From a virus, in IMG/VR virus record IMGVR_UViG_3300021079_000001, positions 47,401-111,400 of that record: DNA of 64,000 nucleotides; one strand, given 5' to 3'. Below, piece after piece: positions 20,270 through 30,132 of this stretch; the stretch's first letter is position 1, and each line of letters begins with the position of its first letter. A program made the position numbers and the translations under genes. The notes beneath the pieces were generated by a model, which was not told the origin of the DNA, made no database searches, and saw only the letters and a program-made list of their open reading frames with translations.

Positions 20270-21304
20270 GTGAAGGAACTAGTAACAGTGGTATCTGTAC
20301 CACATGATCTATACTGGGTAGCTGAGATAGAGGTACAATGTGCCAATTTTCAACGACTGGGATATACCGGTGCATATCATGTACTGGTACTTGTAGAGGG
20401 GGAATTTCCTTATAAGTGGTATTGGGGTCAACTTGCTAAGAGGTATCCATGGGCCAGCTTCTTCTTCTATAGAGAGGATCATATCAAGAACCTGATAGCC
20501 ATATATCCACCGGTACAGAGGGTTAGATGTCTGAAAAGGCATTGGACTGAGCACCCTGAACTGCAAGAGAAGGTGATACTGTATATAGATGGTGATGTAT
20601 TATTTACCAGGTTACCTGATTTCTCTGAGTATATGGATGATGATATCTGCTACCTATCTAAGACGGAGTACATATCAGCAGAGTACTTTGCTAGTAAGGT
20701 GAAGGACATATACCCATTCAAGAAGAAGGAATATGCCCAAGAAGATGTACTAGGAGACCTCTGTAGGATAGTAGGTATAGATAAACAGGTAGCAATAGAT
20801 AACCAGGATAATACCGGTGGTTGTCAATATCTACTGAAGGACATTGATCTTAAATTCTGGGAAGATGTTGAAAAGAATTGTATAGAACTCCGATTACGTA
20901 CTGTTAATTTCAATGCACAATACTTTAGTAGTGAGGATAAGGGATTTCAGTCATGGGCTATAGGAGATATGTGTGGACTACTCTGGAACCTATGGAAACG
21001 GGGTAAAGAGACCAGATGCCCGGAGTATATGAATTTTGCATGGTCTACTAATCCTATAGCAGAATATGATAATAACATATTCCTTCACAATGCCGGTGTA
21101 AATGCTAAAGTGATGGAGATAGATGGTAAGAACATTCGAATGTTCTATAAGTCGGATATCCGGTTCCGTACTAGTTCATTAACATGGTTCGATATTAATC
21201 CAGATAGCTGGAGAGTAAGTGACAAATATTGCAGCTACATGTATCTACAGGAAATACTTAGTATTAAGAACCCTGTATGCATTACAAAGAGCATAAATTA
21301 CTAA
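20270..21304 (+). CDS. GT-A fold glycosyltransferase (peptidyl O-glycosyltransferase-like)
   Basis: VILYIDGDVLF DxD motif, YPP..R, W...DM, HNAG. Confidence 0.7.
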   Translation: MKELVTVVSVPHDLYWVAEIEVQCANFQRLGYTGAYHVLVLVEGEFPYKWYWGQLAKRYPWASFFFYREDHIKNLIAIYPPVQRVRCLKRHWTEHPELQEKVILYIDGDVLFTRLPDFSEYMDDDICYLSKTEYISAEYFASKVKDIYPFKKKEYAQEDVLGDLCRIVGIDKQVAIDNQDNTGGCQYLLKDIDLKFWEDVEKNCIELRLRTVNFNAQYFSSEDKGFQSWAIGDMCGLLWNLWKRGKETRCPEYMNFAWSTNPIAEYDNNIFLHNAGVNAKVMEIDGKNIRMFYKSDIRFRTSSLTWFDINPDSWRVSDKYCSYMYLQEILSIKNPVCITKSINY

Positions 21305-21306
21305 CA

Positions 21307-21453
21307 ATGACTAGTGGAGGAATATATACAATAACTAATACTATAAATGGTAAAATGTATGTAGGATACACTACTAATTACAAGATTACAAAACAAATTA
21401 AAATCTATGCAAAATGGCTAATCAGAATTATAACAAACTTGTGGCGTGGATGA
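21307..21453 (+). pseudogene. Truncated GIY-YIG endonuclease remnant
   Basis: MTSGGIYTITNTINGKMYVGYTTN then breaks off at an ATTACAA-G-ATTACAA microrepeat; 48 codons. Confidence 0.75.
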
Positions 21454-21926
21454 AGTTCACAGGAGAAGGCTTTATGATAGGCGGTACCAACACATGGAGG
21501 CCGATTGGCGTTATACCTAGAGACGGATACTGGAGACAGATACCAGGAGATCTTAGCTCATTATGCTGCGGTGTAGGTAGTAGTTTGCTTATAGTGCAGA
21601 ACAATAGCACTAACAGTAATAATCCAGGAGCTACTGTAACATCATTAACTACTGCAGATGGTGCTATACAGTGGACCGGTACTATAGCTCAATCTGGTGG
21701 TATGCATGTATTTGTCATTCCTAATGGATATGATGAGACTTTTACACTTACCATAGGTATGGTAGGTACTCATGATGGTGTGGATATTGCAACATCTACT
21801 ATAGTAGGTTCCGGTACAATATCAGCAGCTACTCCTAGCTTCCTTAACAGTGGTACAGTATCTGCAGTATTTAATACCAGTGCTACACCAGCATCACAAT
21901 ATCTTGTAGTATTATCAGACGACTAA
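21414..21926 (+). CDS. Putative virion structural protein
   Basis: S/T/G-rich beta protein in structural block. Confidence 0.5.
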   Translation: MANQNYNKLVAWMKFTGEGFMIGGTNTWRPIGVIPRDGYWRQIPGDLSSLCCGVGSSLLIVQNNSTNSNNPGATVTSLTTADGAIQWTGTIAQSGGMHVFVIPNGYDETFTLTIGMVGTHDGVDIATSTIVGSGTISAATPSFLNSGTVSAVFNTSATPASQYLVVLSDD

Positions 21927-21940
21927 TATAACTACATAAT

Positions 21941-22261
21941 ATGTTATTACTTGACATTACCGTGAGTACTCCCATTATTGTATTAGTTATAGGGGCTATC
22001 ATTACAGTGTTTCTGACTCTTACGAAATTCGTATGGAACATAGTAGAAGGAAAGCACAATGAGGCCATGAAGAGATTGGATAGGATAGTAGATGAGCAGA
22101 AGGTTATTGAACAGGACCTGAAACCCCTTACAATGAAAATAGCTGAACATACTATAGAGATACAGACTATTCGAGATAAACTCCATGATCAGGAAGGTTG
22201 GCTAACAGCACATGGTAATCAACTGCAGCTTATTAATAAAACCCTCAGAACAGCATCATGA
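21941..22261 (+). CDS. Holin-like TM + coiled-coil protein
   Basis: N-terminal TM, heptad C-terminus. Confidence 0.5.
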   Translation: MLLLDITVSTPIIVLVIGAIITVFLTLTKFVWNIVEGKHNEAMKRLDRIVDEQKVIEQDLKPLTMKIAEHTIEIQTIRDKLHDQEGWLTAHGNQLQLINKTLRTAS

Positions 22262-22659
22262 CAATAGAACAAGGTATACAGGATATTAAGAACTCCCACA
22301 ATAAGTTGTGGTACATAGTTATTGTACTGGCTATATTGATAGGGATCTTGTTATTCAGATTATTCTATGGTGGTACTGATCCTGTTATAGTACGGGATGA
22401 TATCAAGGTACGTAACTCTCTGGATAGTCTCCGCATATGGACACAGCAACAGTATGATGTACAACAATACAATGAACTACGATATCATCAGGATTCTATT
22501 AGAATAGCTGGTATGGCATCTGCAGTAGCTAGGGTACCAGGTATATTACAGACCATTAATAATAAAAGAGATGCGCAACTACATACTATTGATAACATGT
22601 CTGCTGATCAGCAATTTATGCTATTCTCAGAGTGGTTATCCCAGGCAGATAGTCTATAA
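22258..22659 (+). CDS. Spanin-like inner membrane protein
   Basis: N-terminal TM, helical body, overlaps next gene by 89 nt. Confidence 0.5.
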   Translation: MTIEQGIQDIKNSHNKLWYIVIVLAILIGILLFRLFYGGTDPVIVRDDIKVRNSLDSLRIWTQQQYDVQQYNELRYHQDSIRIAGMASAVARVPGILQTINNKRDAQLHTIDNMSADQQFMLFSEWLSQADSL

Positions 22660-23005
22660 TAAGGATACAGTAGTACTCATTACTGTACACCAGGAGAAGA
22701 TGCTGAACAGGGCCCATGAGACATGGTTAGCCTGTGCACAGGGGAATGACTCACTATTAACAGCTATTGATAGTTGTGCAGCATCTTATATATTATTTGA
22801 CAGTGCTACCCAGGCACTTCGTAATGAAATTGCATCACTTTATTTCCTTAGTAGTCACCAGGTAGCAGTTATAGATACGCTGCAGGGGGTTATTAAGGAT
22901 CAGAAGAGGTACATACAGCAGCTCAGAGTACACAGGGGTCTTATGGGAGTATTGGATGGGGTATTAGTTGCAGTTATAGGGTACTTATTGATTACACATG
23001 GATAG
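22571..23005 (+). CDS. Spanin-like partner (signal peptide, coiled coil, C-terminal TM)
   Basis: MRNYILLITCLLISNLCYSQ signal; C-terminal hydrophobic helix. Confidence 0.5.
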   Translation: MRNYILLITCLLISNLCYSQSGYPRQIVYNKDTVVLITVHQEKMLNRAHETWLACAQGNDSLLTAIDSCAASYILFDSATQALRNEIASLYFLSSHQVAVIDTLQGVIKDQKRYIQQLRVHRGLMGVLDGVLVAVIGYLLITHG

Positions 23006-23318
23006 GATACGATATGTAGGTCCCTCACGTCTTACTGATAATGAGCTGCATCTGCTACAAGAGATTGTTACTATAGTTGAATACACTGACCCAGGCTTCA
23101 TTATATCTATCTGTAAAAACCCAGAGAATATTATAGCTCATATCACACCGTCTTCACAGGATTTTCGACAGGGAATTATTGATAACTTACTGTATGTTAA
23201 CAAGGTACTGAAAGTGCGTATACACTTCTCTAGTAGCCTTGGTATATCCCGTATTATTTCTTTTACTGTCAATTTGGATATCACAGTATCTGATGTATCT
23301 TTGCCTTTACATAATTAA
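22998..23318 (+). CDS. Hypothetical protein
   Basis: Overlapping operon ORF. Confidence 0.55.
   Translation: MDRIRYVGPSRLTDNELHLLQEIVTIVEYTDPGFIISICKNPENIIAHITPSSQDFRQGIIDNLLYVNKVLKVRIHFSSSLGISRIISFTVNLDITVSDVSLPLHN
23273..23303 (+). promoter_or_regulatory. Consensus Bacteroidota primary-sigma promoter
   Basis: TTTG-N19-TATCTTTG upstream of 23325. Confidence 0.75.
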
Positions 23319-23324
23319 CTACAT

Positions 23325-23582
23325 ATGAGCAATTTAAAGGCAGGTACCAAGTACCAATGGGCTGAGGATGCAGTATTTACACTGACCTCTAAGGAGTTTA
23401 GCACCTTGTATAATGGATTAACTAACATTGTAGCATCTCCGGTATTCCAACAGCAGATGCAGAAGGGTACAGCTATTATCCAGTTGCACCAACTGATGAA
23501 TGGTATGTTGGATGCTGCAGTAGGAACCGGTATAGCATATGAGGCTACGGAGTCGGTAGTTACTGCTGATGTACCTGCTTAG
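23325..23582 (+). CDS. Hypothetical protein
   Basis: Own promoter; last + strand gene, stop overlaps convergent gene stop. Confidence 0.6.
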   Translation: MSNLKAGTKYQWAEDAVFTLTSKEFSTLYNGLTNIVASPVFQQQMQKGTAIIQLHQLMNGMLDAAVGTGIAYEATESVVTADVPA

Positions 23583-23764
23583 TTCTTTCTTACCTTAGAT
23601 TGATTATCATCTACCCACAGGGGATCTGTCATGGATACTGCTACTGACCAATAGTCTTTGCATTGGTTAAGCATGTCCATGACAGTATACTCATCATACA
23701 CCCTTATCTGAGTATCTGTATAACCTATTGGCATATGGGCATTGAGTATCTGTTCATTGGTCAT
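23579..23764 (-). CDS. Small hypothetical protein
   Basis: ATGA overlap with upstream nuclease. Confidence 0.5.
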   Translation of the reverse strand: MTNEQILNAHMPIGYTDTQIRVYDEYTVMDMLNQCKDYWSVAVSMTDPLWVDDNQSKVRKN

Positions 23765-24516
23765 ACTGGTTGCTTTATATCTTTGAATATTCTGTCTACT
23801 GCCAATTCCAGATAGGGTACCTTGATGGGTGTGACACTTTCTACTATATACTGGTCATTCTTATCTACCAACATTACCGGGTATCCTATACCATCATAGT
23901 GGGATACTTTCATTTTCACATGCTCTATTACTAATGAATCTACTACCATATGTGGGTTATGGTACTGCAGCATCTTTGCATATAGTGATAGTTGGAGACT
24001 ATAGTGGTTGAGGTTATGATCCTCTAGTGAGAATAATGGTCCCAACATCTTCTTGCCTCTGAATGACTTGCTCTTTATCTCTTTACTGGTTTTATAGTCT
24101 CTTATTATTATCTTATTACCACGCACTTCCAGATAATCTATCTGACCTGCTATTTTGTATTCTGGGTGGTATACTATGAACTCCGGGTATATACCATTCT
24201 GTAGTTCCTGTGGCAGTGACATTTTCACACCATCTACTATTGGACATTGTATACCCTCTACCAGTTCATCCTCACGTAACTTGTGGTACCATGTTCCGAG
24301 TGTAGTTGATCTATCTCTTTCATCCTGCCATATCTTACGTACTTCTGCAGGTACCATACCATACCATTTTCCATCCTCCCGTAATACACAACTCTCTGAT
24401 GCTCTTATCTCATTGAACTTCTCCTTGTATTCCCCCAATAATGTAGTGATACTGGTATATTGTACACCAGCATCATCTACATATTTGTGGTCTTTTTCTG
24501 TGAATGCTACATGCAT
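23761..24516 (-). CDS. PD-(D/E)XK exonuclease (Cas4-like)
   Basis: GTWYH, PEF, IAGQIDYL..RDYKT, YSLQLSLY. Confidence 0.85.
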   Translation of the reverse strand: MHVAFTEKDHKYVDDAGVQYTSITTLLGEYKEKFNEIRASESCVLREDGKWYGMVPAEVRKIWQDERDRSTTLGTWYHKLREDELVEGIQCPIVDGVKMSLPQELQNGIYPEFIVYHPEYKIAGQIDYLEVRGNKIIIRDYKTSKEIKSKSFRGKKMLGPLFSLEDHNLNHYSLQLSLYAKMLQYHNPHMVVDSLVIEHVKMKVSHYDGIGYPVMLVDKNDQYIVESVTPIKVPYLELAVDRIFKDIKQPV

Positions 24517-24520
24517 ACCA

Positions 24521-24552
24521 CGAAGGTACTACACATATTAGTATTATACAAG
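24521..24552 (-). promoter_or_regulatory. Bacteroidota-type promoter
   Basis: CTTG-N20-TACCTTCG immediately before start codon. Confidence 0.55.
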
Positions 24553-24735
24553 TTGTTGCTTAACTTTGTATATCTTTTCTTTATCTTCCCACTTTTCCAC
24601 CTCACACGCACATGCATCTATTACATGTATTGCATACCTTTTCATTAGACTACGTACCATTTCCGGAGTCCATTCTAATACTCCACTATTCAGGTAGTCT
24701 ATATACTCTACCATAGTTGATGCTGTACTTATCAT
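24544..24735 (-). CDS. Small protein, YA..vID..vKqqL paralogue family
   Basis: Similar to 29580, 43254, 43493, 44779. Confidence 0.55.
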   Translation of the reverse strand: MISTASTMVEYIDYLNSGVLEWTPEMVRSLMKRYAIHVIDACACEVEKWEDKEKIYKVKQQLV

Positions 24736-25103
24736 TTCTTACTATTTAGTAGTTCCAGTGCGAATGTGAATGCAGCTACTTCAGCATCTGTACGGCATTT
24801 GTACCACTCAGTCCCTTGTAGTGTTCCTATACCATAGTTCCAGCCACTATCTTCTGTCCAGTGGATGCTGATATATATACCTTCTTTATCGAGTATATCG
24901 TACATCATTCTGGGTGCAGCACCTATACTATTCTGTACTATACTGTCTACAGGTACTGCGCTCATTATCTCTGGTGATAGCTTACCACTCTTGTTGAGCT
25001 CTGTTAATATCTGTTCTTTTATCTTGATGTACGCCTTTGGGTACTGTGTCTTGATGTCTATCATAATGTTTTGTCTTTTACTTTCTGTTTCCATTCCTCC
25101 CAT
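24732..25103 (-). CDS. Hypothetical protein
   Basis: C-terminal R..AE..A...A motif common in phage ORFs. Confidence 0.55.
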   Translation of the reverse strand: MGGMETESKRQNIMIDIKTQYPKAYIKIKEQILTELNKSGKLSPEIMSAVPVDSIVQNSIGAAPRMMYDILDKEGIYISIHWTEDSGWNYGIGTLQGTEWYKCRTDAEVAAFTFALELLNSKK

Positions 25104-25248
25104 GTTAGGGAACGTTCTTCCATGTCCTTCTTTATCTCTTCGAATAGTTTTGCAGTTAGTCTAGGATCTCCTGCTATACTGTCTAATAGTTCCTCTATGA
25201 ACTTTTTCGGTTCTTTTGTTATCATATTCTACATTGTTATGGTGCCTA

Positions 25249-25827
25249 CTACTGTATTTTAGTTTTTTCTTCTTGTTCTATTAGTGCAATAATCAATGTT
25301 TCTTTATTGAGATCTGGTATTGGCCACACTTCTCCATCTGCAATAGGTTGACCTTCTTTATAATTATTACAATATACCAGTACATTTTCATCCCTATTTA
25401 CTATCCTATATTGTGGGCTAAGTATTTGTTCTGTATTACCCCATTGATCTACCCTTGTTATATACATCATGTAACAACTTATCAATTTGCTGCTAAAGTC
25501 TCCATATTTTCCCTGCAGAAATAGCTCAAAGTCATGTTCATAATCTTGTGGTATTTTTAATACAGCTACATGATAACCTTCATCATGATTATACACATCT
25601 ACCAACACTTGCATGTCATTATATTCACTCATTAAATCATGGAACATATCTTGTTGATTATCTTCCGGATGAAATAGTAATGACAATGTGATATATGAAG
25701 AATCTGCAGGTCTACTGCTATCTCGTAGATAGCATTGTATAAATCCTCCCATTTTTAGGTATGAAGGTGCTATTCCATATATGTCTAATAACATCTTACC
25801 ACTTGTATTCATTTCTTGTTTGCTCAT
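25249..25827 (-). CDS. Hypothetical protein
   Basis: 192 aa globular-looking ORF. Confidence 0.6.
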   Translation of the reverse strand: MSKQEMNTSGKMLLDIYGIAPSYLKMGGFIQCYLRDSSRPADSSYITLSLLFHPEDNQQDMFHDLMSEYNDMQVLVDVYNHDEGYHVAVLKIPQDYEHDFELFLQGKYGDFSSKLISCYMMYITRVDQWGNTEQILSPQYRIVNRDENVLVYCNNYKEGQPIADGEVWPIPDLNKETLIIALIEQEEKTKIQ

Positions 25828-25995
25828 ATTTATTTCTAGTTTATTAGTTACTTACTCTACCTCTGATTATTTTACATAGCAATGCATCATACTTGACCAG
25901 TATTTGCTTCAACTCTGTAATTTGGGCTACTGTTGCATTGTCTATTTCTTCCATGTCCGGTAGTACTACTGTACGTACTAGTGATTTGTTGTCTG

Positions 25996-26433
25996 TCATA
26001 CTCCGAATTGTTTGTGTGCTTGTTCTGTTCTCTCTATTACCTTGTCTCCTGGATTACTGTCTACGTTCGAGTGACACTGCCAACAGAGCATCATCAGATT
26101 ACTGTACTCATACTTCAGGTGTTCATACCTGTCCAACCCTTTGGGAAGGAGGTGGTGGTGATACAGTGACTTGTTCTCTCCCCATATACCTTCACCACAC
26201 TGCTCACATCTATGGGGCTTTTTCTGCCAATGTTCCTCGAACAGTGCCCACATTCTCATTGTGTCTTCTTTGTTCTGCTGTATCTCCTCTGGAGTCTTTG
26301 GTCGGCTCTTCAGTTTGCTGCCTCTGGTGAGCCTCCCAGTACCCTTGCTGAGTGGTTTACCCTTCTTCAGTGTTCCTGTTCTCTGTAATGGAGTCTTCCT
26401 AGATAGTGCCATTCTGTTGTATATATGCGCCAT
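25996..26433 (-). CDS. NinG-like HNH/zinc protein with basic N-terminus
   Basis: RKTPLQR, CEQCG, HHHLLPK..N...LCWQCH. Confidence 0.7.
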   Translation of the reverse strand: MAHIYNRMALSRKTPLQRTGTLKKGKPLSKGTGRLTRGSKLKSRPKTPEEIQQNKEDTMRMWALFEEHWQKKPHRCEQCGEGIWGENKSLYHHHLLPKGLDRYEHLKYEYSNLMMLCWQCHSNVDSNPGDKVIERTEQAHKQFGV

Positions 26434-27229
26434 TATTGATACTGCGTTGTACCTTCATAGCCAGTTCCTGTATGGTTATCTCTCTGGTCTGTATCTTCCA
26501 TATATCTGCTAGTATCTGTTCCAGTGTGTTGTATACATCGAACTCTCTCATGTCATGTTGTATAGCTTCATCTGCAGGTACTTTCTCCAATAATTCCTTT
26601 CCTAGTTCACTGATATCTACTAGTGGTATGGAGAATTTCCACTCATCAGTTGATTGTACATTACCCATATCTCGGAGCCCTTCCAACTTACTCATATCTG
26701 CTGAACCTGTCATACTGGTAGCTGCTTTGATGAACTTGTCTGTTATTTCCTTCTCTAGTTGGCCGCTGACTTCTGGTACATTCCTCTCTCGTATCTTCTC
26801 TATCTGTTCCTGTAGCAGATCACCACCAACACTCAGGTTACTCACTACTGTATCTACTATAGCATCTGGTACTGGTAGTTGTACTGGTGTAGCATTCTCT
26901 GCTGGCATTGTACCATCTCTCTTCATCTCTGCTACTTTCCTGATCATTGCCTGTGCTACTGTGTCTGGTACTGGTTCATCTACTAGTTGTACTATAGTAT
27001 TATTTGGATACCACACATTATTCTTTCTATCCTCACTGACACATACATATCCAGCTTGTGGTACATCTTCTTCTGTCATCACAGGTCCACCATTCCAGAA
27101 TGTCCCTACCTGTCCATCTATGTAGAACCTTTCCATTCCATGTATATCTCTCAGCTTCACTAACCTCTTTCCCTGCTCATCTGCGTAGTCACTGTTGGAC
27201 TTGTCTGTGTATTCTATACTGTCATTCAT
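26399..27229 (-). CDS. Hypothetical protein
   Basis: 276 aa ORF coupled to neighbours. Confidence 0.55.
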   Translation of the reverse strand: MNDSIEYTDKSNSDYADEQGKRLVKLRDIHGMERFYIDGQVGTFWNGGPVMTEEDVPQAGYVCVSEDRKNNVWYPNNTIVQLVDEPVPDTVAQAMIRKVAEMKRDGTMPAENATPVQLPVPDAIVDTVVSNLSVGGDLLQEQIEKIRERNVPEVSGQLEKEITDKFIKAATSMTGSADMSKLEGLRDMGNVQSTDEWKFSIPLVDISELGKELLEKVPADEAIQHDMREFDVYNTLEQILADIWKIQTREITIQELAMKVQRSINNGAYIQQNGTI

Positions 27230-27485
27230 CTGTTTTCTGTATTAGTTGTTCAAATTGATTACCATGTATCAATGGCTTTTCTTCGTTGTCCTCATAGTGC
27301 TCTTTACTAGATAAATGGTAAAACCCGCATAGAGGGCACATGTATACGTAACTGGTTTCCCTATATGTTCTACGTCTATGAGCACCATTCTGTAGATATT
27401 GGAGATTGGTATATGCCTCTTTCTTCGTATACATCGGCTTACCAATACTACACTTGTGCCTCTCTAGATCTACCCATGGGTCCAT
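27222..27485 (-). CDS. Small zinc-finger protein
   Basis: C..GK..Y...EA and YMCPLCGFYHLSS. Confidence 0.6.
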   Translation of the reverse strand: MDPWVDLERHKCSIGKPMYTKKEAYTNLQYLQNGAHRRRTYRETSYVYMCPLCGFYHLSSKEHYEDNEEKPLIHGNQFEQLIQKTDE

Positions 27486-27486
27486 A

Positions 27487-28518
27487 TCATTGTTTTGTCT
27501 CTGGTTGTAACTTCGATATTACTATACCCTGTATATCAATATATAGGTCCTCATTATCTCGCATAAATTGCAATAGATTATCAAATCCCTGTGCTACTTT
27601 CTGGTCATTGTAACTGTACCAACTACCCGATCTCTCGAATATTCCTAGTTCCTCAGCCATATTCACTGTCTCTTTGAACTTATCTATACCCTCACCGAAC
27701 AATATATCGAATTTGTGCTCTCTATATGGTGGGAACATTTTGTTCTTGATTGTTTTGAACTTTGTCTCATTACCGGGCTTCAATTCTCCATCTGGGGCTT
27801 TGATTAATGTTTTACTGACTTGTGCTCTAACATCTGCTGTAAATTTCAAACAATGTCCTCCCTGGGTAGTAGTAGGGTCTCCAAACATTTGCCCTATTTT
27901 TTCTCTATACTGACTAACTACTATTATAGCACAATTGTTGTTATGGGCTGCTATTTTCAATTTCGGGTAACTAGTGCTATTCAATGATGCTTTCTTGCCT
28001 ATCTTGGATTGTTCTCCCACTGCAGCCTCCATCACTATTTTCGGTATTAGCCCACTATCACTGTCTAGTACACATAGAGCTATTTCTCCTGTATTGATCA
28101 ATTCCTCTGCTATATTGAAACCTTCTTCACCATATGATGGCTGATTCAGTAGTAATGCATCTGTATCTACTCCTAATTTCCGGAAGTAATTCATATCTAC
28201 AGCATGTTCACTATCTATGCAAAGTACTTTCTTATCTGGATATGCTTTCTGACAATTAGCTATTAATGTTCCACATAGTGTTGATTTTCCAGTACCTTCC
28301 CACCCCATGAATTCATACATTTTGCCTAGAACTATACCACCTACACCTAAAACTACATAATCCATACCGAGAGAACCTGTACTGATTACATTGTATATAC
28401 CACTTTCTTTCTTTCCCATAGATATAACAGAACCTGCACCATATGCCTTGTTCAATCTACTCATTGTTTCCTCTAACTTTGATAACTTTTCTTCTCCTTC
28501 TTTTTTTACCTTGGCCAT
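27487..28518 (-). CDS. recA: RecA recombinase
   Basis: ISTGS, GWEGTGKST, IDSEHA, QYREKIGQMFGDPTTTQGG, GSWYSY. Confidence 0.97.
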   Translation of the reverse strand: MAKVKKEGEEKLSKLEETMSRLNKAYGAGSVISMGKKESGIYNVISTGSLGMDYVVLGVGGIVLGKMYEFMGWEGTGKSTLCGTLIANCQKAYPDKKVLCIDSEHAVDMNYFRKLGVDTDALLLNQPSYGEEGFNIAEELINTGEIALCVLDSDSGLIPKIVMEAAVGEQSKIGKKASLNSTSYPKLKIAAHNNNCAIIVVSQYREKIGQMFGDPTTTQGGHCLKFTADVRAQVSKTLIKAPDGELKPGNETKFKTIKNKMFPPYREHKFDILFGEGIDKFKETVNMAEELGIFERSGSWYSYNDQKVAQGFDNLLQFMRDNEDLYIDIQGIVISKLQPETKQ

Positions 28519-28521
28519 ATT

Positions 28522-28977
28522 CTATTGTTGTTGTGTGATTTTATTTGCTCTGTTCTCCTGGTATAGTCGTAGTATCTCTTGCTTACAATGGTCAGAAAAT
28601 GCTTTGTATTTGGCTCTATAGGTTCTGTCTACTTTGCAATAGTCTTTCAGTTTCTGCAGTGAGTAGCCTACTGTAGTGTGGTCCTTATCTCCTAGTATCT
28701 GCGCTATTTCTTCGAATGTGATCTTGTATATTCTCATTACACCTGCTATCATACGTCTGGCATCTACCAGATCTGTTTTCCTGGATTTGCTAGTTATCTG
28801 CTGTACTGGTATCTCTATGTACTCTGCTGCTATCTGTAATACATTCTTCCTGCATATGGATTTACATCTGGACGGTTGTATTTTCCCCTGCTCCATACAC
28901 TTGAGAGCTACACCTGTACGTATTCTATATTCCTTGCAGTAAAATGCTCTCAACTCACTACGTTCTTCTGTTGTCAT
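28522..28977 (-). CDS. DnaA C-terminal (domain IV) HTH-like protein
   Basis: SKSRKTDLVDARR..TFEEIAQILGDKDHTTVGY. Confidence 0.8.
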   Translation of the reverse strand: MTTEERSELRAFYCKEYRIRTGVALKCMEQGKIQPSRCKSICRKNVLQIAAEYIEIPVQQITSKSRKTDLVDARRMIAGVMRIYKITFEEIAQILGDKDHTTVGYSLQKLKDYCKVDRTYRAKYKAFSDHCKQEILRLYQENRANKITQQQ

Positions 28978-29202
28978 CTACTCTATTTTGCTGTGTTCAT
29001 ACACCCATACCATACTATCAGTTCTATTTGTATATAACAGTATCTGTATAGTACTATCTTGTACTGCATCATTCTCCTGTAGCCGTATCAGGGCCTTCTC
29101 CAGTGTGTTCATCCTGCAGTGTTCATTCCATTGACTGATAGCTGTGAGTAGTGACAATGTTCCTACTACTATCAGTACTTTGATTATCCAGTGGTGCTTC
29201 AT
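28978..29202 (-). CDS. Small membrane protein
   Basis: N-terminal TM. Confidence 0.5.
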   Translation of the reverse strand: MKHHWIIKVLIVVGTLSLLTAISQWNEHCRMNTLEKALIRLQENDAVQDSTIQILLYTNRTDSMVWVYEHSKIE

Positions 29203-29224
29203 ATTGTGTGTGTTTGTTGTTTAT

Positions 29225-29428
29225 TTATTCCTTCACTAGTTCTATTTCCATATTCCAGTGTGCTCCCCACATTGTTCTACCATTCTCATCGTACATATCT
29301 CTATGTGTTTGTCCGGGTTCTATGTACCATATACTCCTTTCATCTACATCTCTAGTCTCCATGTGCCACACCTCATTCTGGTTGTGGATAGTGAACCTCT
29401 GACCGTCTTCTACATCTTTGGGTGTCAT
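29225..29428 (-). CDS. Hypothetical protein
   Basis: ORF in operon. Confidence 0.5.
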   Translation of the reverse strand: MTPKDVEDGQRFTIHNQNEVWHMETRDVDERSIWYIEPGQTHRDMYDENGRTMWGAHWNMEIELVKE

Positions 29429-29579
29429 ACTATCTCATTGATTGTTCTTGGATATTTGTATAGTTCACAGTTCAGGTATAGAGCATCATCCAGTGTACTT
29501 GCTACCAACTCATGTAGTTCTGCATCTGCTCTCTCATGTGCATCTGCTATCTGCTTGTACAGTTCTTTTACTCTCTGTA

Positions 29580-29825
29580 TCATAGTTGTTGCTTTACTCG
29601 TTCTATAGATTCTCTATCTACATGTATACTTTCATCATCATCTACTTCATACCATGTGAGTGATACCTGCTGTTTTCCTCCATATCCATGTTTATCTATC
29701 ATGATATTCGCCTTCATAGCACACTCATCTATTATCTCCTCTGCCCATGCTTTCAGTATTGGCTCATATGAACCTTTGTGAGCACCATACCGCATACTCT
29801 TGATTACTTTTTCTATTGATTTCAT
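29580..29825 (-). CDS. Small protein, paralogue family
   Basis: WAEEIIDECA..DRESIERVKQQL. Confidence 0.55.
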   Translation of the reverse strand: MKSIEKVIKSMRYGAHKGSYEPILKAWAEEIIDECAMKANIMIDKHGYGGKQQVSLTWYEVDDDESIHVDRESIERVKQQL

Positions 29826-29834
29826 ATTTATCTA

Positions 29835-30101
29835 CTATTTTACCAGTTTCACACTATATACCCAACATTGTTCTACTTTCTGAGTCTTTGTTATTTTTCT
29901 CCACCAGTTTACTAATTTCCATCTGGAATATGCTATACTTATTTTCTGTTGTGGCTCATCTGATAACACTTGCAGTTTGACACCACAGTCTACTATATCT
30001 CCGGTAGTGAGTTCTTTCTTATTCATATCTAACTGGAATGGTTGTCCATCTATTCCTATACCTACTTTCATTTTCTTTTTCATATCATTCTGTTTCTTCA
30101 T
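29835..30101 (-). CDS. Hypothetical protein
   Basis: ORF in operon. Confidence 0.5.
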   Translation of the reverse strand: MKKQNDMKKKMKVGIGIDGQPFQLDMNKKELTTGDIVDCGVKLQVLSDEPQQKISIAYSRWKLVNWWRKITKTQKVEQCWVYSVKLVK

Positions 30102-30132
30102 TGTCTGTTTGTTGTTCTTTTTACCTTGTTAT

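Noticed and set aside
23560-23600. Bidirectional terminator at the convergent junction
   Set aside because: Stop codons overlap and no hairpin is evident
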